64,000 bases of DNA from Candidatus Bathyarchaeia archaeon (GTDB lineage Archaea > Thermoproteota > Bathyarchaeia > Bathyarchaeales > Bathycorpusculaceae). The first letter of the stretch is position 1. Every line of letters starts with the position of its first letter. The notes under the pieces were generated by a model. That model had not been told where the DNA came from, did not search any database, and saw only the letters and a list, made by a program, of their open reading frames with translations. The translations under genes and the position numbers were made by a program. Shown here piece by piece: positions 9,234 through 18,574 of this stretch. The stretch lies in assembly GCA_038882955.1 (NCBI GenBank), contig JAVZNC010000001.1, positions 96,001-160,000 of the forward strand, given 5' to 3'.

Positions 9234-9248
9234 TGGAATTATGTTCTA
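9234..9248 (-). promoter_or_regulatory. Conserved TAGAA-N5-TTCCA operator upstream of TATA of the 7356 gene
   Basis: Minus strand TAGAACATAATTCCA-GAATC-TTTAAATT. Confidence 0.7.
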
Positions 9249-9304
9249 TTCAAGTGTCAATAATTTGCATAAACGCAAATGCTGCTTTCAATATTGTGAA
9301 ATCG

Positions 9305-9318
9305 AAAAAAAGGGGGGG
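9305..9318 (-). terminator. C7-T7 terminator after the substrate-binding protein gene
   Basis: Minus strand CCCCCCCTTTTTTT about 15 nt after the stop codon. Confidence 0.5.
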
Positions 9319-9332
9319 TTGGGAATTATTTC

Positions 9333-12029
9333 TTATGGTATGCTACCGCCGAAGTTGCCTGCTAAGATGATTGCGTCGAAAATGTCTATGACTCCGTCGC
9401 CGTTCAGATCGCAGAGTGGATCATAGTTGGATGCTCCAGTCACAGCTCCGAATGAGCCGGCGAATGTTATTGCGTCGAAAATGTCAACTTCGCCTGAACC
9501 GTCGATGTCGCCAATCAGTTCCTTTGCCCTAACGAGGTAGGGGCTGAATTGCTGGTTGTTGGCTGTGTTTGGATCGACGACGGTTTCACCTGTTGCTCCA
9601 GCAACAGGGCTTGTGTACAATGAGATATTCCATAGTCCTTCAGACATCGTTCCATCTTCGTACCACACAACTTGCTCGCTGTCTGATCCTCCAGGAGTTA
9701 TTATTCGCACGATGTCTACTGGAATGTAAGTTTGCGTTGGATCCTCAAGGTTTACCCTTCTCAGACAGTAGTAGACAAGCACGGATCCGGCAGTTCCAGA
9801 CAGGTACTTTACGCTTAGAGTGTAGTTGATTTTTGCTGGGTTGCCGCCGAGGCGCATTTCACCTAGGTAGACTTGTATTAGCGGGTAGACGGTTGTTGTG
9901 TTCACTATTGTGTCAGCAGCTGAGATATCTGCCTCGTAAACGGTTCCAACAGCTGCCTTCCATATCGTGTAGACGAAGAGTCCTGGGCTTATCGGGTTCA
10001 TGTTGAATGTCTTGTCGTAGCCGTGAATCCATGTTCTTTCGTAGTGGCGTCCAACTGTTACGCCCAGCGGGAGCTGTGTTGCCTCTGCGTAGTATATGTC
10101 CATAAGCTCGTTGTAGACTTTCTCCCTAAGTTCAGGAGCCAAGCCTACACCGACGTCGATTAGGTGGGCAACATAGCTGTTGTTTATTGCTGAAACGTAT
10201 TCGCCTAGAGCGTTTGTGTATGGCGGTGGACCATAAGATGCACCTTTATACCAGTTCTCCGCCAGCGAAGTTGGGTCTAAGCCGTAAGTTACATTTTGTC
10301 TTCCACAGTACGTTCCCAGTGGGTGCATGAAGGGCTGGAACCAGTTGTGCGGGTCTGGGAAGTCAGCCAACCAACCCACCGTGAAGAACGTATACATGCG
10401 GGTCCTCATGCCAGGCAAGTATGTTGACCATGGCTCTCCTTTTACTATAATGTCAACTTTAGTTCCAGCAGGCCATGGGATGTAGTTTTCAATGTAGTAT
10501 TCAAGCATCTCAGCAGCAGTTTGCCTCACCACGTTGCCGATGTTATAGACAAGTGTTATGGTCATTCCTTCGTTCCAGACGCGTCCACCCCAAGCTTTCT
10601 GGAAGTATTCTGCTGCCTTGGTTAGGTTGATGTCGTAGACTGGTTTTGATTCGTTGTAGTATGCTGTGCCTGGAGGCATGCATACTGGCGGGTGTATTGC
10701 CTCGCCCAGGTAGACATCTTGAATGTATTTGGTGAAGTTGAAGCAGTATATGAAGCCGAGTCTCAAATATCTGTCTGAGAATATGTCTAGTTTGACTTCT
10801 GTTCCAAGTTTCGGCGGATACGGAGTGTTTGGATTCACTGTGAATGTGAAGTAAAAGGCATCCAATACTGGTGTAACGATCTTCATTAGCCTGAAACCTG
10901 GCAGTGTTGGGCCGTCTTTGTTTCCGTCAACGTGTAGTTCTGGGCAGTTCATTCTTGGGACGGCGCAGAAGTCTGCCTGTAGGGCGGGGTCTGTTGAGAA
11001 GAACTGTGCCTTTCTGTTGCTCCATTCCTCAACGCTTTTAACAGTTGCATATGTCGCATAGCCTCCAGCGGGAACACCGTCCGTGAAGAACTCTGCTGGA
11101 GCTGGCCAACCGCGCCAGTATCCATCGAACTTCTCAAGGGTGAAGTATCCGGTGTGTGGGTCTGGGTCCATGGCTTTTAGTTTGTATGGGCCTGTTCCCA
11201 TTGCCATAGGTGCTGGTTCCATTAGTGGACCTGGTTCTGGCGGGTCCCATGTGCGTTTGAATTCTGCATAGGCTTGGTCTGAGGTCCATCCGTATGTTTC
11301 GACGAGCGTCTTGTTCCATAGGCCTTTTTCTTCACACCACCTTCTGCACATGACTTCTGACCATGTTTGGCTTAGGATTTGCTGGAAGGGCGCGTAAGGC
11401 TGCTTTAGGTTGAACCAGACGTGTGTAGAGTTGCTCTCTATAGCGCCGTCTATGTCCAACGCCAAAGCAATATATTCCGTTTTACTAAGATCGCCATCCC
11501 CGTCAAGGTCATATTCATATGAAGTGTCGCACTTTAGAAGAGGCTCGTAAAGCATCCACATTGGACCAGCAGTGTGATCCATGAGCATACCACGCTCAAA
11601 AGAGTATTCAACGTCCTCCGGCGTCACATAACCATAGGTGGAAATCTGCCATGGAACATTTGGCCTAATATGGAAGTACCATGTTTCAACAGTGCCCGCA
11701 GGCGCACTTGGATCCGGAGGAGACGGTATTATGGCGTTTCCAGGCGCAGTGCCAAGACCAGGCCAGTCATCAGCAATCGCAGGAAGGAACGAAGCAGCAT
11801 CAGTCACATTGAAGATGCATAATGGCTCATAAATGTTCTGAATGAGTGTACCACTAGCTGTATCGTAAGCCCAGTGAGGATCAACAGTCTCAGGCATACC
11901 AATCGTAACAAAGTATATGTGGTCGGGGTTTGGTATTCCTTGTCCTCTAACAACAGAGATGGGAATCATTGTACCTACTAGAAAAGTCAACAGCAGAACA
12001 AATAGGATTTTTCGATTCATTTTCTCCAT
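9333..12029 (-). CDS. dppA: Oligopeptide/dipeptide ABC substrate-binding protein (family 5) with C-terminal dockerin
   Basis: PETVDPHWAYD, IYEPL, VTPEDVEYSFER, GTGPYKL and GWLADFPDP are family-5 SBP motifs. Ends in GDIDGSGEVDIFD...DLNGDGVIDIFD. Divergent from dppBCDF. Confidence 0.92.
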   Translation of the reverse strand: MEKMNRKILFVLLLTFLVGTMIPISVVRGQGIPNPDHIYFVTIGMPETVDPHWAYDTASGTLIQNIYEPLCIFNVTDAASFLPAIADDWPGLGTAPGNAIIPSPPDPSAPAGTVETWYFHIRPNVPWQISTYGYVTPEDVEYSFERGMLMDHTAGPMWMLYEPLLKCDTSYEYDLDGDGDLSKTEYIALALDIDGAIESNSTHVWFNLKQPYAPFQQILSQTWSEVMCRRWCEEKGLWNKTLVETYGWTSDQAYAEFKRTWDPPEPGPLMEPAPMAMGTGPYKLKAMDPDPHTGYFTLEKFDGYWRGWPAPAEFFTDGVPAGGYATYATVKSVEEWSNRKAQFFSTDPALQADFCAVPRMNCPELHVDGNKDGPTLPGFRLMKIVTPVLDAFYFTFTVNPNTPYPPKLGTEVKLDIFSDRYLRLGFIYCFNFTKYIQDVYLGEAIHPPVCMPPGTAYYNESKPVYDINLTKAAEYFQKAWGGRVWNEGMTITLVYNIGNVVRQTAAEMLEYYIENYIPWPAGTKVDIIVKGEPWSTYLPGMRTRMYTFFTVGWLADFPDPHNWFQPFMHPLGTYCGRQNVTYGLDPTSLAENWYKGASYGPPPYTNALGEYVSAINNSYVAHLIDVGVGLAPELREKVYNELMDIYYAEATQLPLGVTVGRHYERTWIHGYDKTFNMNPISPGLFVYTIWKAAVGTVYEADISAADTIVNTTTVYPLIQVYLGEMRLGGNPAKINYTLSVKYLSGTAGSVLVYYCLRRVNLEDPTQTYIPVDIVRIITPGGSDSEQVVWYEDGTMSEGLWNISLYTSPVAGATGETVVDPNTANNQQFSPYLVRAKELIGDIDGSGEVDIFDAITFAGSFGAVTGASNYDPLCDLNGDGVIDIFDAIILAGNFGGSIP

Positions 12030-12084
12030 TTCTCCCTTTTCTTATCGCAAATTAATATGTCACAACTCTAATATTTAATTCTTA

Positions 12085-12099
12085 TGGAACTAATCTCTA
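12085..12099 (-). promoter_or_regulatory. TAGAG-N5-TTCCA operator variant upstream of TATA of the SBP gene
   Basis: Minus strand TAGAGATTAGTTCCA-TAAGA-ATTAAATA; one mismatch, identical spacing. Confidence 0.6.
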
Positions 12100-12178
12100 G
12101 CACATCAACCGTATAAAACTCCCTCATATAAATCGACAAAGTTATAAATATCCAACAAATCCATTTCAAAAAGGAGGG

Positions 12179-13234
12179 GTGAGGAGCGTGGGCTTAAAAG
12201 AATATATAATAAGGAGAGTAATATTGGTCATACCAACCCTGTTAGGCGTAATTTTATTAATATTCGCAGTTTCACAATTATTCACACCAGAACAAAGAGC
12301 AAGCCTTTACATAACAAACGAAAAACAACTTCAACAAGTCGAAAACATCATCAGAATATATCACCTAAACGAATCAGTGCTGGTACAACTATCAGACTGG
12401 ATGTCTAAATTATTCCAAGGCAATCTAGGTTTCTCCCACACCTCAAGACTACCAGTTTTGGATACTTTATTAAAAAAGTTGCCAGCCACAGTTGAAGTTG
12501 TAATATGGTGCATTCCCATAATCATTCTATTAGGAATATACCTAGGAATACAGTCAGCTGTTCACAGAGACGGCCCAATAGACCACATAACACGGACACT
12601 AGCAATAATTGGAACATCACTTCCAAGCTTCTGGATAGGCATAATGCTAATTGCAATATTCTTTTCAGGTCTAGGGTGGTTCCCACCAGAAAGAATGAGC
12701 AGCAGTGTTAAAAACTTCATTAATATGTCAGAACAATGGCACTGGTACACAGGATTATTATCAATAGACGGATTATTAAATGGACAATTATGGATAACAC
12801 TAGACCTCCTTAGACACATGGTTTTACCCACGATATCACTCACAATAATCAACATAGCACTAGTCATAAGAGTAATGCGTTCAAGCATGCTAGAAGCTCT
12901 TGGCAAAGGCTACATTGTTGCAGCCAGAGCAAAGGGTCTAAGCAATAAGGAAGTTATAAACAAACACGCAAGAAGAAACGCCTTGATACCCGTAGTCACA
13001 ATTTCAGGACTTCTAACAGCAGGCTTGCTAACAGGAGTCACAATAACTGAAACGGTATTTAACATCGACGGAATAGGAAGATGGGCAGCAACTGCTGCCG
13101 GAGGCGGTGGCTCCGTACCCGACATACCAGGCGTACTTGGCTTTGCCCTCTTTGCAGGAATAGTCTACGTCTTTGCAAACCTCATAGTTGACATATTATA
13201 CGCATACATAGATCCACGAATAAGGTTGGGATGA
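12179..13234 (+). CDS. dppB: Oligopeptide ABC transporter permease DppB/OppB
   Basis: YIIRR...; GNLGFS; PSFWIG; RSSMLE...ARAKGL...HARRNALIP; ITETVF; DILYAYIDPRI. Confidence 0.95.
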   Translation: MRSVGLKEYIIRRVILVIPTLLGVILLIFAVSQLFTPEQRASLYITNEKQLQQVENIIRIYHLNESVLVQLSDWMSKLFQGNLGFSHTSRLPVLDTLLKKLPATVEVVIWCIPIIILLGIYLGIQSAVHRDGPIDHITRTLAIIGTSLPSFWIGIMLIAIFFSGLGWFPPERMSSSVKNFINMSEQWHWYTGLLSIDGLLNGQLWITLDLLRHMVLPTISLTIINIALVIRVMRSSMLEALGKGYIVAARAKGLSNKEVINKHARRNALIPVVTISGLLTAGLLTGVTITETVFNIDGIGRWAATAAGGGGSVPDIPGVLGFALFAGIVYVFANLIVDILYAYIDPRIRLG

Positions 13235-13235
13235 G

Positions 13236-14408
13236 ATGAGCACAAAAACAGGCCTTAAATATAGAATACAAGAATTTAGAAGAGGGTTAGGACCAGCAAA
13301 AAAGGAACTGCTCTTCACTCTAAGAAGAATAAAAAAGAGCCCCCTATCAATAGTGGGCTTATTAATAGTAGCATTCTATGCTATGATAGCAATACTTGCA
13401 CCTGTGATAGCTCCACCAGTAAATCCTGACCCATTCAGAATTTGGCGTGACGGTTTCAGCGCAATTCCAAAACCCCCAGGCACTCCAGTTACAGACGATG
13501 TGGCATTGCGGGTCGGATGGACGGTTCATTACTTCGGTGTAGCAGAAGGAGGCTACGACATCTTCTATGGATGCATTTGGGGAACGATAACAGCCTTCAG
13601 AGTAGGCGCAATGGTAGTTGTAATATCACTTGCAATAGGAATTTTATTAGGATGCCTTGCCGGATACTACGGCGGAATAATCGACGAGATATTGATGCGT
13701 TTCACAGATATAATTCTAGCATTTCCGGGACTAATACTCGCTATGGCCCTTGTTATAGCCTTACCACCAATTTGGAACTTGGACGTAGGACTGCTGGGCA
13801 CGGCAGCTCTGATATTTTTAATTCACGCAGTTGCCTGTTACATTTTAAAAATAAAAAGTACTATTTGGATAAGCTTCATTAGTCTCATTGGTTTTCTAAT
13901 ATTATATATTTGGGCCTTAAATTCTCCATCTATAGCAATTATAACTTTAGATGTAAGCCAACTTGATAAAGTTCTAATAGCACTAGCTATCGTTGGATGG
14001 CCAGGCTACACACGAGTAATCAGAGGAGAAATTTTACGAGTAAAACAAGAAGATTATATAGAAGCTGCCAAAGCCATAGGATGTTCGGATGCCAGAATAA
14101 TTTTGAAACACATAATTCCAAACGCGATTTACCCAATAGTGATAATGGCCTCTCTTGACATAGGATCTATAGTCTTAACAGCAGCAGCACTAAGCTTTCT
14201 TGGAATAGGCGCTCCGCCAGGCTACGCAGACTGGGGACAAATGATAAGCTTTGCAAGAAACTGGATCTGGGCAGGATTCCAAGATCCGTGGAAATATTGG
14301 TACACATTCACAATACCAGGCATATTCATTTTTACATTCGTATTGGGATGGAACTTGCTAGGAGACGCTTTTAGAGACATATTAGATCCAACGCTCAGGA
14401 GGAGATAA
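13236..14408 (+). CDS. dppC: Oligopeptide ABC transporter permease DppC/OppC
   Basis: AGYYGGIIDEILMRFTD; YIEAAKAIG; HIIPN; ALSFLGIG; DWGQMI; NLLGDAFRDILDP. Confidence 0.95.
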   Translation: MSTKTGLKYRIQEFRRGLGPAKKELLFTLRRIKKSPLSIVGLLIVAFYAMIAILAPVIAPPVNPDPFRIWRDGFSAIPKPPGTPVTDDVALRVGWTVHYFGVAEGGYDIFYGCIWGTITAFRVGAMVVVISLAIGILLGCLAGYYGGIIDEILMRFTDIILAFPGLILAMALVIALPPIWNLDVGLLGTAALIFLIHAVACYILKIKSTIWISFISLIGFLILYIWALNSPSIAIITLDVSQLDKVLIALAIVGWPGYTRVIRGEILRVKQEDYIEAAKAIGCSDARIILKHIIPNAIYPIVIMASLDIGSIVLTAAALSFLGIGAPPGYADWGQMISFARNWIWAGFQDPWKYWYTFTIPGIFIFTFVLGWNLLGDAFRDILDPTLRRR

Positions 14409-14409
14409 A

Positions 14410-15549
14410 ATGTCGGAAGAAATCCTTCAAATAGATGATCTTCAACTAAAGTTTTATACATACGAGGGAGTTGTTGAAGCTCTAGACGGAGTCAAAATAA
14501 ATCTCAAAAAAGGAGAAACGTTAGGCATAGTCGGTGAAACTGGATGTGGAAAATCAGTCACTGGACTTTCAGTTATGGCAATAGTACTACCCCCAGGAAA
14601 GATAGAAGGTGGACAAATAATCTTCAATGTAAAAGGACGAGCCATAAATCTGCTAAACTTAAGAGACTCCGTACTGAGGAAAATCAGAGGAAAATATATT
14701 TCAATGATATTCCAAGATCCCAGATCCGCTTTGAATCCCGTTTATACAGCCGGAGATCAAATAATTGAAACTCTTCTTAAACATAAGATTAAAGAACTCG
14801 CCGAAAAAGCGATAGAAGAACTAGATAAGGAGACACAGAACAAAAAAGCAAATTTTCTAACAAAATACTATAGAAATAATTTACAAAAAATGATACTGAA
14901 TCCAAAGGCTCTTAGTTTAAAAATCACTTCAAAAATTCCTTTACTTAACAGATATAAAAAATTACTATTTAAACAAGCAAAAAAAGAAGCCGTTAGAATG
15001 CTTAGACTAATGCGAATACCCGACCCTGAAAGAGTCGTAGACATGCATCCTCATGAACTCAGCGGAGGAATGGCACAACGCGTAGTAATAGCAATGGCAC
15101 TCGCATGCAACCCAGAAGTACTGATAGCAGACGAACCTACTACAAATCTTGACGTGACAGTTCAACTTCAAATACTAAACCTATTAAGAGAACTAAGACA
15201 ACAATTCTCTTCATCCATCATTTACGTAACGCATGATATGGGTGTAGTGGCGGAAATGTGTGACCGCGTTGCAGTCATGTACGCTGGAAACGTTGTGGAA
15301 ACAGCTGATGTATTTGAACTCTTTAAAAACCCACTGCACCCATACACAAAAGGATTATTGGAATCGATACCAAGACCAGGACACCCATTCAAGTCTATTG
15401 AAGGCACTGTTCCTAGCCTAATAGATCCACCTAAAGGCTGCCGATTCCACAACAGATGCCAATACGCCATGGAAATATGTACTAGAGTTAAACCTAAAAT
15501 AATTGACGTTGGAAGAAATCACTTTGTTCAATGCTTCTTATACCAATAA
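14410..15549 (+). CDS. dppD: Oligopeptide ABC ATPase DppD/OppD
   Basis: Walker A GETGCGKS; LSGGMAQR; ADEPTT; HPYT; C-terminal GCRFHNRC...C Fe-S motif. Confidence 0.95.
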   Translation: MSEEILQIDDLQLKFYTYEGVVEALDGVKINLKKGETLGIVGETGCGKSVTGLSVMAIVLPPGKIEGGQIIFNVKGRAINLLNLRDSVLRKIRGKYISMIFQDPRSALNPVYTAGDQIIETLLKHKIKELAEKAIEELDKETQNKKANFLTKYYRNNLQKMILNPKALSLKITSKIPLLNRYKKLLFKQAKKEAVRMLRLMRIPDPERVVDMHPHELSGGMAQRVVIAMALACNPEVLIADEPTTNLDVTVQLQILNLLRELRQQFSSSIIYVTHDMGVVAEMCDRVAVMYAGNVVETADVFELFKNPLHPYTKGLLESIPRPGHPFKSIEGTVPSLIDPPKGCRFHNRCQYAMEICTRVKPKIIDVGRNHFVQCFLYQ

Positions 15550-15562
15550 AGATGTGAGAACA

Positions 15563-16609
15563 ATGAAAACATTAATAGAAGTAAGAAGATTGAAGAAATA
15601 CTTCCCAGTTTTAGGAGGAGTCCTAAGAAGGAAAATTGCTGATGTTAAAGCTGTAGACGATGTAAGTTTCACAATATTCAAAGGAGAATGCTTTGGTCTA
15701 GTAGGAGAATCTGGTTGCGGAAAAACCACGCTTGGCAAAACAACAATTCGCTTACATGATCCAACCGCCGGCAGCATATACTTTGATGTCCCAGAAGACA
15801 TCATAAAAGAGATAGAGGAACTAGAAAGAAATGATCCAAAATCTCATAGATTAAAAGAGTTAAGAAGAAGATATGATCTTGCAACGTACAGGGGAGCAAT
15901 GCTTGCTAGCATGAGAAGAAGAATGCAAATAGTGTATCAAGATCCAACAACATCGTTAAATCCGAGGATGCTTGTGAAAGACATCGTTGCAGAACCACTA
16001 ATTGTACAAGGACTCGCCAAAGGTTTGGAAGCAAGAAAAAGAGTTTTAGAGATCCTAAATAGGGTAGGATTAACAGAAAGACACCTATATCGATATCCAC
16101 ATGAATTTAGTGGTGGGCAGAGGCAGAGAATAGCAGTAGCAAGGGCGCTGGTGACTAACCCTGACTTTATAGTGTTAGATGAACCCACATCCTCTGTAGA
16201 CGTGTCGGTTCGCGCCCAGCTACTAAATCTGTTTCAGAATTTACAAAAAGATTTGAACTTAACATACGTATTCATAAGTCATGACTTAAGCGTTGTCGAA
16301 TGCATAGCGCAAAGGGTAGCAGTTATGTATCTTGGGAAGATCGTGGAAGTAACACAAACAGAGGAACTATTCAAAAATCCTCTTCATCCATATGCTCAAG
16401 CATTGTTTTCGGCAATACCAATTCCAGATCCTACTATCAAAAGAAAACCAATAATGCTTACGGGAGAGGTGCCTAGCCCAGTTAATCCTCCTACGGGTTG
16501 TAGATTCCACCCAAGATGTCAATACGCCATGGACATGTGCAGCAAAGAAGAACCACCACTTAAGGACGTTGGAAATAACCATTTAGTAGCTTGCTTTGCA
16601 GTCGATTAA
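15563..16609 (+). CDS. dppF: Oligopeptide ABC ATPase DppF/OppF
   Basis: GESGCGKT; [12 protein letters not shown]; LDEPTS; [11 protein letters not shown] at 15563 (MKTLIEV) preferred over the TTG at 15503. Confidence 0.95.
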   Translation: MKTLIEVRRLKKYFPVLGGVLRRKIADVKAVDDVSFTIFKGECFGLVGESGCGKTTLGKTTIRLHDPTAGSIYFDVPEDIIKEIEELERNDPKSHRLKELRRRYDLATYRGAMLASMRRRMQIVYQDPTTSLNPRMLVKDIVAEPLIVQGLAKGLEARKRVLEILNRVGLTERHLYRYPHEFSGGQRQRIAVARALVTNPDFIVLDEPTSSVDVSVRAQLLNLFQNLQKDLNLTYVFISHDLSVVECIAQRVAVMYLGKIVEVTQTEELFKNPLHPYAQALFSAIPIPDPTIKRKPIMLTGEVPSPVNPPTGCRFHPRCQYAMDMCSKEEPPLKDVGNNHLVACFAVD

Positions 16610-16703
16610 AAGACTTATTATTTTCTATCTGTCAGTGTTAAATCTACAATTTTCATAAAGTATTTATTACCGTAAAAACAAAAATTGATGGGGGGATAAC
16701 GAA

Positions 16704-16961
16704 GTGGTTAGCAGCGTACTAGTAGAAATCTTATGTCCCCAACACGGTCTTGAACGATTCAAAATTAAAGTGATTAGAAAATTTAACATGGCATCTAATG
16801 ATATAGTACCGAAAACAAGAAGCAGACCAAAACCTAAGGAAATAAGTGCCTTGTACATCGGTAGAAACGTTAGTTATAATGAGGTTAAAGAGTACTTGGT
16901 TAACTATTTTGAACAGAGGGGCGTCATAAAGGACATAATTATGATGCGGATGCTTACGTAA
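16704..16961 (+). CDS. Small hypothetical protein (CPQHG motif)
   Basis: 85-aa ORF with GGGGGA RBS and TATA-like sequence upstream; family not recognised. Confidence 0.55.
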   Translation: MVSSVLVEILCPQHGLERFKIKVIRKFNMASNDIVPKTRSRPKPKEISALYIGRNVSYNEVKEYLVNYFEQRGVIKDIIMMRMLT

Positions 16962-16989
16962 AATTACTACATTTGAAAGGTTTCAGATT

Positions 16990-17379
16990 ATGGAAAAAAA
17001 GTGGGTGGACAGGCAAATTTCGCTTGCAACATTAACAGCCCGAATTGGAGAATTTCTTAAGGATAAAGATTTTGAAGCAATAAAAGGACAAACAAGTGAA
17101 GGTTACCAGATTTTTGCTGGTAACTCTCCACGTTTTAAAATTGATGGATATATAAATGTAGCAATTAGGGGAGAACCAAACAATTTTAGCGTGAAATTTG
17201 AACATTGTAACACTCGTAAAAAGTTTTTTCCTGTCTTGTTCTCTACATTGATCTTTGGGGGATACCCTCTCTTACGAAGCATGAAATCCACGGAGGATTG
17301 GATAAAGTTAGAAAGGGATTTTTGGACGTACGTAGACAACACTATTCTTCAACTAACTGGTTCAGAAAACCAGTTATAA
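16990..17379 (+). CDS. Hypothetical protein
   Basis: 129-aa ORF, co-oriented with the previous gene; one short hydrophobic segment. Confidence 0.6.
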   Translation: MEKKWVDRQISLATLTARIGEFLKDKDFEAIKGQTSEGYQIFAGNSPRFKIDGYINVAIRGEPNNFSVKFEHCNTRKKFFPVLFSTLIFGGYPLLRSMKSTEDWIKLERDFWTYVDNTILQLTGSENQL

Positions 17380-17398
17380 AACAATAAAAACCAGTGAG

Positions 17399-18046
17399 CT
17401 ACTTTTTTCGGCTATCTCTTGGTTTAATACGTTCATGTTTGGAACCAGTAGCAGCAACAACAGAAATAACAATACCTACCAAGCTTGTGATTCCACCTAT
17501 CGGGACAAATGCAAGATAAGGAGTTACAACAATTTCTTTATAAAGTATCATTTTATCCGGAGGCCCAGATGTCCAATTTAAAAGACCTTCATCGTTCAGA
17601 ATATGGACAGTGTATGTTCCATTGTATTTCACAGAAAAGCGAATTTGCGGGTAAAGCTCGTCCACCACTAAACTGCTCGAATCTATTTCAAGATATTTTG
17701 TTCTATAGAGAGACGGAAGAGTTCCTAAATGCATACCTTGTGCTGGAGCAGCAATAAAAAAAGCTTGAACTCTTGTCTTTGCTTTGTTAGGCGAAATTAT
17801 TTCTATAAAAATCGACGTAAAATCTTCAGGAACATCTTCTTGTGGATAATCATATCGCCACTGCTCACTTGCCTTTATATCGATCACATACGTTTCTTTT
17901 TCGGTGAGGTTCCAAGAACACTCCCAACTATTCTGAGCAAAGTCAATTTGCACCTTTCTAGTGTTTCGCATTAGCGATGCAAAAGTCAACAACGTTAAAC
18001 CTATAGTCAGAAAAATTATTCCTGCTACAAACGCGGCTCTTTTCAC
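17399..18046 (-). CDS. Hypothetical membrane protein (N- and C-terminal TM flanking a beta-rich external domain)
   Basis: Two hydrophobic helices and a basic C-tail; GAGGT RBS upstream. Confidence 0.7.
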   Translation of the reverse strand: MKRAAFVAGIIFLTIGLTLLTFASLMRNTRKVQIDFAQNSWECSWNLTEKETYVIDIKASEQWRYDYPQEDVPEDFTSIFIEIISPNKAKTRVQAFFIAAPAQGMHLGTLPSLYRTKYLEIDSSSLVVDELYPQIRFSVKYNGTYTVHILNDEGLLNWTSGPPDKMILYKEIVVTPYLAFVPIGGITSLVGIVISVVAATGSKHERIKPRDSRKK

Positions 18047-18115
18047 TTCTCTACCTCATTAAATTTCAAGAAAGAGCACCTTCATTAACTTTACTCCAAC
18101 ACAAAACTCTTTCTT

Positions 18116-18481
18116 TTAAAAGTGTCTCAAAAATCTTCTAAATAGATATACCAGAATGAATGATAACGCGAAGTATATAACAAAATCCAATAGTAAGCCA
18201 CCCCAAAGCACCCTAATTATTCCACTACCAGAGTGATATATCCAAAAATACTCTATATCTGAAAGAGGAGTTAGAATTCCGATCATTTTAAAAGGAAAAC
18301 CGTAATATGCGATGTGAACGATATATTTTAGGACACCAGTTTCTAAAGTAACGCTGATCTCGGTTGTCGATAATTCAGTGTAACTAACGAAGGATATCAA
18401 GAGAAAAAGAAAAGTTAATAATAAAATGATGATGTAGTCCTTTCGATCAAGATAAACATGTATGCTTGCAAAGGTGTTCAT
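18116..18481 (-). CDS. Small hypothetical membrane protein
   Basis: Two hydrophobic helices with a YYGFPF motif between them. Confidence 0.65.
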   Translation of the reverse strand: MNTFASIHVYLDRKDYIIILLLTFLFLLISFVSYTELSTTEISVTLETGVLKYIVHIAYYGFPFKMIGILTPLSDIEYFWIYHSGSGIIRVLWGGLLLDFVIYFALSFILVYLFRRFLRHF

Positions 18482-18574
18482 GACTTGTTCTCACATTTAC
18501 ATAAATTTAAGTTTTTTTAAGCAACTTAAGCAATTATCTTCTTTTTCATCTAACAAGCGTTGCTCTCGGAAAAT

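Noticed and set aside
2334-9248. Recurrent TTCTGGAATT.T.TTCTA as CRISPR repeats or insertion-element ends
   Set aside because: Copies are kilobases apart, one per promoter, with fixed spacing to TATA; no spacers, cas genes or transposase.
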